Shown here piece by piece: positions 8,269 to 16,775 of a stretch of 64,000 bases of DNA. The notes beneath the pieces were generated by a model. It was given only the letters and a program-made list of their open reading frames with translations. It was not told the DNA's origin and made no database searches. The stretch comes from Betaproteobacteria bacterium (lineage in GTDB: Bacteria > Pseudomonadota > Gammaproteobacteria > Burkholderiales > JAEUOS01): assembly GCA_028292405.1 (NCBI GenBank), contig JAQGMJ010000049.1, positions 257,353-321,352 on the forward strand, given 5' to 3'. A program made the translations under genes and the position numbers. Each line of letters begins with the position of its first letter. The first letter of the stretch is position 1.

Positions 8269-10695
8269 TTAGGCCCGCAATCTCGCCCCGTGCTTATTCG
8301 TTGCGGCGGCGACCAGAATTTCCCTGGTTTCGTCGGCTTCGGCGTCGGTGAGCGTTTTTTTAGTATCTTGCATAACTACCCGGAATGCAAGGCTTTTTTC
8401 CGTTTCCGACAGGCCTGCAGCGGCATTTGTGGGGCGGTATTCGTCGAACAGGGAGATGCCGGTAACCACACCCGGCGCGGCTGCCTGTAAGGTTTTCAAA
8501 ATCGCCGCCGCTGCCAGGCCGGCGGGTACCACCAAGGCCAGATCGCGGATGATCGGCGGGAACTTGGAGACCTCGGCGTAGCACGGCTGGGCGCGCAAAA
8601 GTACGGGCGCGGCCTCGATTTCAAACAGCACCGGCGCCGCCGGCAGGCCGTATTCCTTGACCCAGCGCGGGTGCAGCTCGCCGATGTGGCCGATCACCCG
8701 GCCGTCGAGGCGGATGGCGGCGCAGCGGCCCGGGTGCAGGGCAGGGTGGGCGCTGGCGATGAACTCCGGCTCCCAGGGCGCGATGACTGCTTCCAGGTCG
8801 CCCTTGACGTCGAAGTAGTCCACCGGGCGCGCCTTCGCGCCCCATTGCTCCTCGTACGCGGTGCCGAAGGCGACGGCGCCGAGCATGCGCGGCTGGGCGT
8901 AGCCGGCGACCTGCAGCGGGCCGTCCTGCACGCTGGCGTCGCGCTTGAACACGGGGCCAAGCTCGAACACGCGCACGCGCGGCTCGCGGCGGTTCAGGTT
9001 GTAGGCGACGTTGGCGATGAGGGAGCCGAAGAGGGACGAGCGCATCACCCCCATCTGGCTGGCGATCGGGTTGAGCAGCTTGATCGGCGCTTCGTTGCCG
9101 GCCAGCTCGCGTTCCCACTTCTCATCGACGAAGGAAAAGTTGATCACCTCCTGGTAGTCGCGTGCGGCTGCCAGTTCCTTCAGCGTGGTCAGGCTGATGC
9201 CGTCTTCGCGGCTTTGCATCATCTCCGCGCGCGCCAGCGGCGGGGCGGCCGGGATGTTCTCGAAGCCGTGGATGCGCGCCACTTCCTCGATCAGGTCTTC
9301 CTCGATCTCGATGTCGAAGCGGTAGGAGGGCGCGGTCACCGTGAAGGCATCGGCGGTTCGGGTTTGCTCGAACCCGAGGCGCGTGAAGGTGGCGGCCATC
9401 TCGTCGGCGGAGATTTGCTTACCGATGATCTTCACGCAGCGCGCGATGCGCATGGTCACCGGCTTGCGTACCGGCAGCTTCGCCACGGTATCGACCGTCG
9501 GCCCGGCCTGGCCGCCGCAGATGTCGAGGATCAGGCGCGTCGCGCGCTCGATGCCGTCGACGTTGTTGTTGAAGTCTACGCCGCGCTCGAAGCGGTGCGA
9601 GGCGTCGGAGGTGAAATTGAACCTGCGCGCGCGGCCCTGGATGGCGAGCGGATAGAAGAACGCGCTTTCCAGGTAGACGTTGGTGGTGGTGAGTTCGGCC
9701 TTGGTGCTGTCGCCGCCCATGATGCCGGCCAGGCCGATCGGCCCGGAGGCATCGGTGATCGCCAGCACGGTCTCGTCCAGTTCCACCGTCTGCTCGTTGA
9801 GCAGCTTGAGCTTCTCGCCCTTGCGGCCGAAGCGCACGTCGATACCGCCTTGCAGCTTGTCGAGGTCATAGACGTGCAACGGACGGCCCAGTTCCAGCAT
9901 CACGTAGTTGGTGACGTCTACCAGCGCGGAGATGGAGCGCTGGCCGGAGCGCGCCAGGCGCTCGACCATCCACGCCGGGGTCGGCGCCTTCGCGTTCACG
10001 CCCTTGATCACTCGGCCGGTGAAGCGGCCGCAGCCATCGGCGTCCGTGATCTTTGCGGTGAACTTGTCGTCCATCGTCGGCTGCACCGCCGGCACCGCCA
10101 GCGGCTGGAACGGCGCGCTGGTGATGGCCGCGACATCGCGCGCCACGCCCAGCACCGAGAGGGCATCGGCACGATTCGGCGTCAGCTTGATGGTGAAGAG
10201 GGTGTCGTCGAGGTTCAGCACCTCGCGCACATTGGTGCCAGGCACCGCATCGGCGGGCAGGGGCAGCAGGCCGCTGTGGTCGTCCGACATACCCAGTTCG
10301 CGCGCCGAGCACAGCATGCCTTCGGACTCGACGCCGCGCATTTTCGCGCGCTTGATCTCAAAGGGTTTGCCGTCCGCTTTGTCGTCACCCGCCGGAGGCA
10401 GTTGCGCGCCGATCAGCGCGCACGGCACCTTCATCCCGGCGGCCACGTTGGGCGCGCCGCAGACGATGTTTAGCAGATGGTCCTGCCCCGCGTCCACCTG
10501 ACAGACGTTGAGCCGGTCCGCGTTCGGATGCTTTTCAAACGACTTGATCTCGCCCACCACGATGCCGGTGAACGCCGGCGCCGCGGCCTCGGTCTCCTCG
10601 ACCTCGAGGCCGGACATGGTGAGCGTATGCGCCAGCTCGGCAGAAGAGAGCGGCGGGTTGACGAAGCTGCGTAGCCAGGATTCGGGAAATTTCAT
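8269..10695 (-). CDS. pheT: Phenylalanine--tRNA ligase beta subunit
   Basis: 808 aa. 'MKFPESWLRSFVNP' N-terminus with tRNA-binding, B3/4, B5 and FDX-ACB-like regions. Follows pheS. Confidence 0.95.
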   Translation of the reverse strand: MKFPESWLRSFVNPPLSSAELAHTLTMSGLEVEETEAAAPAFTGIVVGEIKSFEKHPNADRLNVCQVDAGQDHLLNIVCGAPNVAAGMKVPCALIGAQLPPAGDDKADGKPFEIKRAKMRGVESEGMLCSARELGMSDDHSGLLPLPADAVPGTNVREVLNLDDTLFTIKLTPNRADALSVLGVARDVAAITSAPFQPLAVPAVQPTMDDKFTAKITDADGCGRFTGRVIKGVNAKAPTPAWMVERLARSGQRSISALVDVTNYVMLELGRPLHVYDLDKLQGGIDVRFGRKGEKLKLLNEQTVELDETVLAITDASGPIGLAGIMGGDSTKAELTTTNVYLESAFFYPLAIQGRARRFNFTSDASHRFERGVDFNNNVDGIERATRLILDICGGQAGPTVDTVAKLPVRKPVTMRIARCVKIIGKQISADEMAATFTRLGFEQTRTADAFTVTAPSYRFDIEIEEDLIEEVARIHGFENIPAAPPLARAEMMQSREDGISLTTLKELAAARDYQEVINFSFVDEKWERELAGNEAPIKLLNPIASQMGVMRSSLFGSLIANVAYNLNRREPRVRVFELGPVFKRDASVQDGPLQVAGYAQPRMLGAVAFGTAYEEQWGAKARPVDYFDVKGDLEAVIAPWEPEFIASAHPALHPGRCAAIRLDGRVIGHIGELHPRWVKEYGLPAAPVLFEIEAAPVLLRAQPCYAEVSKFPPIIRDLALVVPAGLAAAAILKTLQAAAPGVVTGISLFDEYRPTNAAAGLSETEKSLAFRVVMQDTKKTLTDAEADETREILVAAATNKHGARLRA

Positions 10696-10758
10696 TCTTC
10701 TCGGTGATGCTTAAATTCGTGACAGGGGCAAACGTAAGCGCGCGTGGCGCCGGCGTGC

Positions 10759-11802
10759 TTAACTAAACTGACGCAAAAAACGCAAATCGCCGTCGAAGAA
10801 CAGCCGCAGGTCATTGATGCCATAGCGCAGCATGGTCAGGCGCTCCAGGCCGGAGCCGAAGGCGAAGCCGACATAGCGCTCAGGGTCGAAGCCATAGTTG
10901 CGCACCACCGTCGGATGCACCTGGCCCGAGCCTGAAATCTCCAGCCAGCGGCCCTTGTTCGGCCCCTCGGTGAACATCATGTCGATCTCGGCGGATGGTT
11001 CCGTGAACGGAAAGAACGAGGGGCGAAAGCGCACCTGCAGATCATCCGACTCGAAAAACTTGCGCAGGAAATCGGTGTACACGCCCTTCAGGTCGGCGAA
11101 GGAAATGTTCTCGTCGATCCACAGGCCCTCGACTTGGTGGAACATCGGCGAATGCGTCGCATCGCTGTCGACGCGATAGGTGCGGCCCGGCGCGATCACC
11201 TTGATCGGCGGCATCGGGTCATGCCCCTTGTACTTCGCGGCGTGGATGTTGGCGTAGCGCACCTGCATCGGGCTGGTATGCGTGCGCAGTACGAGTTGCT
11301 TGCCCGACGAGTCCTTGCCATCGATATAAAATGTATCCTGCATCGAACGCGCGGGATGGTTTTCCGGGCTGTTCAGCGCGGTGAAGTTGTACCAGTCGGT
11401 CTCGATCTCCGGGCCGTCGGCCACGTCGAAACCGATCGAGCGGAAGATCTCTTCCACCCGCTTTTGCGTGCGCGTCACCGGATGCAAACCGCCGCGCTGC
11501 GGCAGGCGGCCGGGCAGGGTGACGTCCAGCGCCTCGGTGGCCAGGCGCGCCGCCATTTTTTCGGACTCGATGAAATCGCGGCGCGCATTGAGCATCACCT
11601 CGATCTCGCTTTTCGCCTGGTTGATCTTCTCGCCCGCGGCTTTTTTTGCCTCGATCGGCAGCTTCCCCAGACCCTTCAACTGCTCGGTGATCGAGCCGGT
11701 CTTGCCGAGGAATTTCGCCTTGGCCTCTTCCAGCCTCGCGCTGTCCTTGATGCTGTTGAACAGATCGCGCGCTTCGGCGACGATGTCAGAAAGTTCTGCC
11801 AT
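10759..11802 (-). CDS. pheS: Phenylalanine--tRNA ligase alpha subunit
   Basis: 347 aa with class II aaRS motifs ('[11 protein letters not shown]', '[10 protein letters not shown]', '[12 protein letters not shown]', '[11 protein letters not shown]'). Confidence 0.95.
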   Translation of the reverse strand: MAELSDIVAEARDLFNSIKDSARLEEAKAKFLGKTGSITEQLKGLGKLPIEAKKAAGEKINQAKSEIEVMLNARRDFIESEKMAARLATEALDVTLPGRLPQRGGLHPVTRTQKRVEEIFRSIGFDVADGPEIETDWYNFTALNSPENHPARSMQDTFYIDGKDSSGKQLVLRTHTSPMQVRYANIHAAKYKGHDPMPPIKVIAPGRTYRVDSDATHSPMFHQVEGLWIDENISFADLKGVYTDFLRKFFESDDLQVRFRPSFFPFTEPSAEIDMMFTEGPNKGRWLEISGSGQVHPTVVRNYGFDPERYVGFAFGSGLERLTMLRYGINDLRLFFDGDLRFLRQFS

Positions 11803-11854
11803 GGATGCTCTTAAAGAAACTTGTCTCGACTACAAAACTTGTGGCTACTGGAAC

Positions 11855-11882
11855 AAAAAAGGCTGCGAGTTTAAGCGCAGCC
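11855..11882 (-). terminator. Hairpin plus U-run in the rplT-pheS spacer (terminator/attenuator candidate)
   Basis: Minus-strand transcript GGCUGCG-cuuaaacu-CGCAGCC followed by UUUUUU. Lies between the rplT stop (11908) and the pheS start (11802). Confidence 0.5.
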
Positions 11883-11907
11883 TTTTTCGACCTACCGTCA
11901 GCCTCTA

Positions 11908-12267
11908 TTACGCTGCCGCTACGCTCTTGGCTTTTTCCACCAGAGCCGCGAAAGCCGGCTTGTCCAGCACGCACAGGTCGGCCAGCACCTTGCGGTCGAT
12001 CTCGATCTCCGCCCGCTTCAGCGCGTTCATGAACACGCTGTAGTTCATGCCGTGCTCGCGCACGGCCGCGTTGATACGGGTGATCCACAGCGCGCGGAAC
12101 TCGCGCTTCTTTGTACGGCGGTCGCGATACGCATACTGCCCCGCCTTCATCACCGCTTCTTTGGCGACGCGATAGACATTACCGCGCCGGCCGCGATAGC
12201 CCTTGGCGAGGTCTAAAACTTTTTTGTGGCGTGCCCGCGCGGTTACGCCGCGTTTAACTCTTGGCAT
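11908..12267 (-). CDS. rplT: 50S ribosomal protein L20
   Basis: '[28 protein letters not shown]...' is a canonical L20 sequence. Confidence 0.95.
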   Translation of the reverse strand: MPRVKRGVTARARHKKVLDLAKGYRGRRGNVYRVAKEAVMKAGQYAYRDRRTKKREFRALWITRINAAVREHGMNYSVFMNALKRAEIEIDRKVLADLCVLDKPAFAALVEKAKSVAAA

Positions 12268-12307
12268 CTTGGACTCCTAACGAAAAATGGACTAAAAAGA
12301 ACCGCGC

Positions 12308-12505
12308 TTACGCGTACGGCAGCATTCTCTTGACCGCAAACATATCGGTCTCGAAAACGCCGGTGGTACCACGCAACTGGCGCTTGTTCTTGGTGGTCTT
12401 CTTGGTCAGGATGTGGCGCTTGAAGGCCTGGCCGCGCTTGACGGTGCCTCCCGGACGCACGAAAAGGCGCTTTGCGGCACTTTTCTTGGTTTTCATCTTC
12501 GGCAT
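12308..12505 (-). CDS. rpmI: 50S ribosomal protein L35
   Basis: '[36 protein letters not shown]' is a canonical L35 sequence. Confidence 0.95.
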   Translation of the reverse strand: MPKMKTKKSAAKRLFVRPGGTVKRGQAFKRHILTKKTTKNKRQLRGTTGVFETDMFAVKRMLPYA

Positions 12506-12695
12506 TACATACTCCAGATTTTTATATCGCTCGCAAGGTGCCGCTTCAAATCGAAGCGAACTTGTTAACCCTCAAACGACTTATTGAAACAGGCAAAAGT
12601 AAAAACCTACTTTTGCCTGGTACTGCTTAGTTTGAAATCGCCGGCAGAGCCGATCAATTTCAAAACTACACTGCTACAACAAATCTAAATCCCAG

Positions 12696-13424
12696 TCACG
12701 CTGCCGGCTGCCCTTCGGGCTTCACGTCACCGGGCGCTGCATCCGCCTTCGGCGCTTCCGCTGCCGCAACCGCTGGTGCCGCCGCCTCAGCCGCCGCAAC
12801 TGCCGGAGCCGCTGCATCCGGCTTCGCCGGCCTCGGTTCCCGCTTCGCACCCTCCGGCTTCACGCCCGGCGTGCCCTCCGGCTTCTTCTTCACCGGTACC
12901 GGAATATCTTTCTTCTTCGGCGCCAGCACCATGATCAACTGACGGCCTTCCATCTTCGGATACTGCTCGACCACCGCATGCGCCTCGGTGTCGGTCCGCA
13001 CCCGCTCCAGCAAACGCTGGCCAAACTCCTGGTGCGCCATTTCCCGGCCGCGGAAGCGCAAGGTGATTTTCGCCTTGTCGCCTTCCTCGATAAACTTCAG
13101 GAGGTTGCGCATCTTGATGTTGTAGTCACCGTCATCGGTGTTGGGGCGGAATTTGATTTCCTTGACCTGGATCTGCTTCTGCTTGAGCTTCGCCTCGTGA
13201 GCTTTTTTCTGCTCCTGATAACGAAACTTGCCGAAGTCCATGATCCGACAGACAGGCGGGTCGGCCATGGGCGCGATTTCCACCAAGTCCAGGTCGGCCG
13301 TCTCGGCCTGTTGCATCGCTTCCTGGAGTGAAACAATCCCCAGGGGCTCCCCTTCTACACCTACCAATCGCACCTCGCGAGCGGTGATTTCACCGTTGAG
13401 GCGCTGCGCGCGTTCCTGAGCTAT
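12696..13424 (-). CDS. infC: Translation initiation factor IF-3, probable ATA start, with a C-terminal extension of about 70 aa
   Basis: The conserved IF-3 N-terminus '[14 protein letters not shown]' lies upstream of the GTG used by the ORF track. The only SD-preceded in-frame candidate after the thrS stop is ATA at 13424 (AAGGAGAAACACAA-ATA). The canonical end '...MVLAPKKK' is followed by a K/P/A-rich tail. Confidence 0.85.
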   Translation of the reverse strand: MAQERAQRLNGEITAREVRLVGVEGEPLGIVSLQEAMQQAETADLDLVEIAPMADPPVCRIMDFGKFRYQEQKKAHEAKLKQKQIQVKEIKFRPNTDDGDYNIKMRNLLKFIEEGDKAKITLRFRGREMAHQEFGQRLLERVRTDTEAHAVVEQYPKMEGRQLIMVLAPKKKDIPVPVKKKPEGTPGVKPEGAKREPRPAKPDAAAPAVAAAEAAAPAVAAAEAPKADAAPGDVKPEGQPAA

Positions 13425-13475
13425 TTGTGTTTCTCCTTGAAAATTCAGTGAAAGACTATCCGAGGGCAGGGCGGT

Positions 13476-15383
13476 TTACGCTCTGCGCGCCACTTCATCG
13501 CTAAGACGCTCGATCAAGGTGGTGAGGGGCATGGAACCTAAGTCCACATTACCCCGGGCCCGGACGGCCACCGTGCCTGCTGCCACCTCCTTGTCGCCTA
13601 CGACAATTTGGTAAGGCACCTTCTGCAGACTATGTTCGCGTATTTTAAACGAAATCTTGTCCGGGCGCAAATCCGAATCCACCCTAAATCCCTGTTTTTT
13701 TAGGGATTGTTGTACCTCGGCAGCATAATCAGCCTGATGCTCCGTGATTGGCATCACCACCGCATGCACCGGCGCCAGCCACAAAGGCAGCGCCCCCGCG
13801 TGGTTTTCCAGCAAAATCCCGATAAACCGCTCCAGCGATCCCACAATCGCCCGGTGCAGCATCACCGGCGTCTTGCGCGTGTTATCCGCCGCCACATACT
13901 CAGCGCCCAGCCGCTCCGGCATATTCGGGTCCACCTGCATGGTCCCGCACTGCCACACCCGCCCCAGCGCATCCTTCAGCGAATATTCGATCTTCGGCCC
14001 GTAAAAAGCGCCTTCTCCCTTCAACTCCTGCCATTCCACGCCGGAAGCATTCAGCGCATCCGCCAGCGCCTTCTCCGCCTTGTCCCAGCTCTCCTCCGAC
14101 CCGATGCGGTTCACCGGCCGCGTCGAAAGCTTGTAAATCACCTCCGTAAAGCCGAAATCCGTATACACCTTCTGCAGCAGCCGCGTAAACGCCAGGCACT
14201 CCTTCTGTATATCGTCCTCGGTACAGAAAATATGCCCATCGTCCTGCGTAAACCCGCGCACCCGCATGATCCCGTGCAGCGAACCCGACGACTCATTCCG
14301 GTGGCAAGACCCAAACTCGCCATAACGCAGCGGCAAATCCCGGTACGAACGCAGCCCCGCGTTGAACACCTGAATATGCCCCGGGCAATTCATCGGCTTC
14401 ACCGCATAGTCACGGTTCTCCGAAGACGTCGTGAACATATTCTCCTTGTAGTTCTCCCAGTGGCCGGAACGCTCCCACAAATGCTTGTCCAGGATCATCG
14501 GGCACTTGATCTCCTGGTACCCATTCTCCCGGTACACCGTGCGCATGTACTGCTCCACCTGCTGCCACACCGTCCACCCCTTCGGGTGCCAGAAAACCAT
14601 CCCCGGCGCCTCCTCCTGCAGGTGAAACAGATCCAGCTGCTTGCCCAGCTTGCGGTGGTCGCGCTTCTCCGCCTCCTCCAGCATATGCAGGTACTGCTCC
14701 AGGTCCTCCTTCTTCGCCCACGCCGTACCGTAAATGCGCTGGAGCATCTCGTTCTTCGAATCCCCGCGCCAATAAGCCCCCGCCAGCTTCATCAGCTTGA
14801 AAAAGCGCAGCTTGCCGGTGGAGGGCACATGCGGCCCCCGGCACAGGTCAATGAAATTCCCCTCCCGGTAAAGCCCGATCTCCTGATCCGCCGGAATCGA
14901 AGAAATAATCTCCGCCTTGTACTTCTCGCCGATCCCGTTAAAAAACGCCACCGCCTCATCGCGCCCCATCACCTCGCGCGTCACCTTCTCATCCTTCTTC
15001 GCCAGCTCCCCCATCTTCTTCTCGATCGCCGCCAAATCCTCCGGCGTAAACGGCCGCTTATACGAAAAATCGTAAAAAAACCCGTTCTCGATCACCGGCC
15101 CAATCGTCACCTGCGCATCCGGAAACAACTCCTTCACCGCATACGCCAACAGGTGCGCCGTCGAGTGCCGGATCATATCCAGCCCCTCCGCATCCTTATC
15201 CGTAATGATCGCAAGCGTTGCGTCATGGTCGATAGCGAAAGACGTATCCACCATCTTCCCATCCACCTTCCCCCCCAGCGCCGCCTTCGCCAACCCCGGC
15301 CCGATAGACGCAGCCACCTCCGCCACCGTCACCGGCTGCTCAAACGAACGCTTGGAACCATCAGGCAACTGCACCGAAACCAT
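13476..15383 (-). CDS. thrS: Threonine--tRNA ligase
   Basis: '[14 protein letters not shown]' TGS N-terminus, editing domain 'HSTAHLLA', class II motifs ('FRLSGEF'-like '[12 protein letters not shown]', '[10 protein letters not shown]', 'GTMQVD'), anticodon-binding C-terminus. Start at the internal ATG 15383. Confidence 0.93.
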   Translation of the reverse strand: MVSVQLPDGSKRSFEQPVTVAEVAASIGPGLAKAALGGKVDGKMVDTSFAIDHDATLAIITDKDAEGLDMIRHSTAHLLAYAVKELFPDAQVTIGPVIENGFFYDFSYKRPFTPEDLAAIEKKMGELAKKDEKVTREVMGRDEAVAFFNGIGEKYKAEIISSIPADQEIGLYREGNFIDLCRGPHVPSTGKLRFFKLMKLAGAYWRGDSKNEMLQRIYGTAWAKKEDLEQYLHMLEEAEKRDHRKLGKQLDLFHLQEEAPGMVFWHPKGWTVWQQVEQYMRTVYRENGYQEIKCPMILDKHLWERSGHWENYKENMFTTSSENRDYAVKPMNCPGHIQVFNAGLRSYRDLPLRYGEFGSCHRNESSGSLHGIMRVRGFTQDDGHIFCTEDDIQKECLAFTRLLQKVYTDFGFTEVIYKLSTRPVNRIGSEESWDKAEKALADALNASGVEWQELKGEGAFYGPKIEYSLKDALGRVWQCGTMQVDPNMPERLGAEYVAADNTRKTPVMLHRAIVGSLERFIGILLENHAGALPLWLAPVHAVVMPITEHQADYAAEVQQSLKKQGFRVDSDLRPDKISFKIREHSLQKVPYQIVVGDKEVAAGTVAVRARGNVDLGSMPLTTLIERLSDEVARRA

Positions 15384-15396
15384 AATTTTCTCTCTC

Positions 15397-15433
15397 AAAA
15401 AGCAAAAAGGCGCGGGACTCGAAGCCCCACGCC
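15397..15433 (-). promoter_or_regulatory. Terminator-like hairpin in the thrS 5' leader (attenuator candidate)
   Basis: Minus-strand GGCGUGGGG-cuucgag-UCCCGCGCC (9 bp including 2 G-U pairs) followed by UUUUUGCUUUUU. The U-run ends 13 nt before the thrS ATG. Confidence 0.5.
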
Positions 15434-15835
15434 TTTGACCAAATACCAACCTTGAGGCGAACGCGGGCCTTAGCTAAAAACTCCCTGCGTCCGGCTAGTT
15501 CGCGGTGTCATAACGCTCACCTTTCAATGGGTATCGGCTGATGCGGTTAAACGGATGTTGCGGATCCCAAAGAAATACAGCACTGGATCAACATATTAAC
15601 AAGAACGCGGGCGGGGCGCCAGAGCGACAGGACGATGGCATAGAACGGGGGCATATATGCATAAGCAACACTTTAGTCTTATTGTTTTTCAAGGCACATC
15701 AGCGCAAAGTAAGGAGTTGGAAAAAATCGATTTGCAACGAAGTCGCTATCGTTCTTCATGCGACCGGGCCATGCAGCTTGATAACTAGATACGTTCCAAC
15801 AAGATAGCTATTGTTTTAGCTAAAAGGGGAGAGTT

Positions 15836-16687
15836 ATGGAAAAAGAAAAATTTTGGAATTTCACCTTGTGGGATCTAGTAAAAGCAATCTCGACCCTCGT
15901 TGTCGTAGGTGTGGCGTCATACAAATTATTCGCAATGCCGGCTTCTCTTAATATGGATTTTCCGACCCTCCTATCGCTCTTGTTAGCCTTGTTTTCCGTA
16001 GCGCTGTCCGCACTTTTTTACTTCAAGGCGACAGACACAAGCAATGCTTTTTACGACAATACCTACAAATTTACAAAGGATATTGCAGAGTTATTGGTAA
16101 AGATTGAAAGCGGTTTCGGCGAGCGATTGAGGCACCTTGATGAAGGATATTCATCGATGCGAAACTATTTTCAGAATGTTCCCCCAAAACAAGCCGATGA
16201 CGTAGAGAGAACCAAAAAGAAGTTAGAGAATGAAGAGCAGGAAGTTGAAAAGGTTTTAATCGAGCGAAACGCAATAATCCAACAACTTGTTGAAAAATCC
16301 CAGCTACAGCAAGAGGAGAAAAGCCGCGTTCTTGATCAGTTAAGGGCCAAAGAAGAAGAACTAGCTAAGCTGCAAAATGAGGTAAATCGGCTTACTAGGC
16401 GGGTTGTTGTTGAAAAAATGAATAAGAAATCTGGGGCTGAAAGATTTGGTCTTCTACCTTCGTCGCTTGCCGACTATACGGCTGAAAAAGTTGTTCAGAA
16501 GATGGGAGGTCGAGAGGTCGCGGACTTATCCCTGGCTGAGCTTCGACACAGATTCACAAGCCTGATTAATGAACTACCGCGAGGCTATCTTCGAGATCTA
16601 GAGAGCCACGACCTATTTGACGACGGGTTAACGCCAGCCGGCGTTCGATTTGTCAGAGACCTAGCGGCAGGCCGCGGCACTCCGTAG
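15836..16687 (+). CDS. Hypothetical membrane-anchored coiled-coil protein (low-GC island)
   Basis: ATG follows AAAGGGGAGAG. Two N-terminal hydrophobic helices ('AISTLVVVGVASYKLFAM', 'LLSLLLALFSVALSALFYF'). Central E/K/Q-rich heptad-like region. AT-rich codon usage unlike the flanks. Confidence 0.6.
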   Translation: MEKEKFWNFTLWDLVKAISTLVVVGVASYKLFAMPASLNMDFPTLLSLLLALFSVALSALFYFKATDTSNAFYDNTYKFTKDIAELLVKIESGFGERLRHLDEGYSSMRNYFQNVPPKQADDVERTKKKLENEEQEVEKVLIERNAIIQQLVEKSQLQQEEKSRVLDQLRAKEEELAKLQNEVNRLTRRVVVEKMNKKSGAERFGLLPSSLADYTAEKVVQKMGGREVADLSLAELRHRFTSLINELPRGYLRDLESHDLFDDGLTPAGVRFVRDLAAGRGTP

Positions 16688-16711
16688 AGTCGCGCTGCTA
16701 GTTCTAGAAGT

Positions 16712-16725
16712 AAATAAAAGGTTCC
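16712..16725. repeat. Left copy of the 14-bp direct repeat AAATAAAAGGTTCC flanking the retron cassette
   Basis: Identical 14-mer at 18878..18891, with further imperfect similarity downstream (ACTAATCGT / ACTAATTCGT). Confidence 0.6.
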
Positions 16726-16775
16726 TATTACGCTTAGCTCAGGGACTAATCGTTGTTCAGTTAAGCGGATGTCGG

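Noticed and set aside
8671-10473. 600-aa + strand ORF antisense to pheT, and similar shadows opposite pheS, relA, smc, zipA, ligA, galU, uvrC, the DinG-like gene, sorA, ldt, the MCP and the Bug genes (for example 46556..48391, 48805..50634, 52212..53321, 57386..58639, 60610..61545, 29388..30764, 31327..32586, 33416..34549, 37203..38195, 38740..39993)
   Set aside because: All lie opposite genes with unmistakable conserved motifs, and all are Arg/Ala/Gly/His-rich. They are classic high-GC antisense ORFs.
11786-11907. Phe-rich reading frame ('[20 protein letters not shown]') in the rplT-pheS spacer as a pheM-like attenuation leader peptide
   Set aside because: No ATG/GTG/TTG start exists in that frame after the rplT stop. 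The FF codons are simply the U-tract of the hairpin, and the frame runs past the terminator into pheS, which is the wrong topology for classical attenuation.
13707-15455. 582-aa stop-free ORF antisense to thrS (His/Arg/Pro/Leu/Gln-rich)
   Set aside because: It mirrors thrS exactly, has no SD or motifs, and its composition is low-complexity. It follows from the G3-rich/C3-poor codon bias of thrS, which removes reverse-complement stop codons.
15541-15807. 88-aa ORF at the left edge of the low-GC island
   Set aside because: It has no SD, an odd composition and no motif. It more likely covers the promoter/leader region of the 283-aa gene, although I cannot exclude a small gene.
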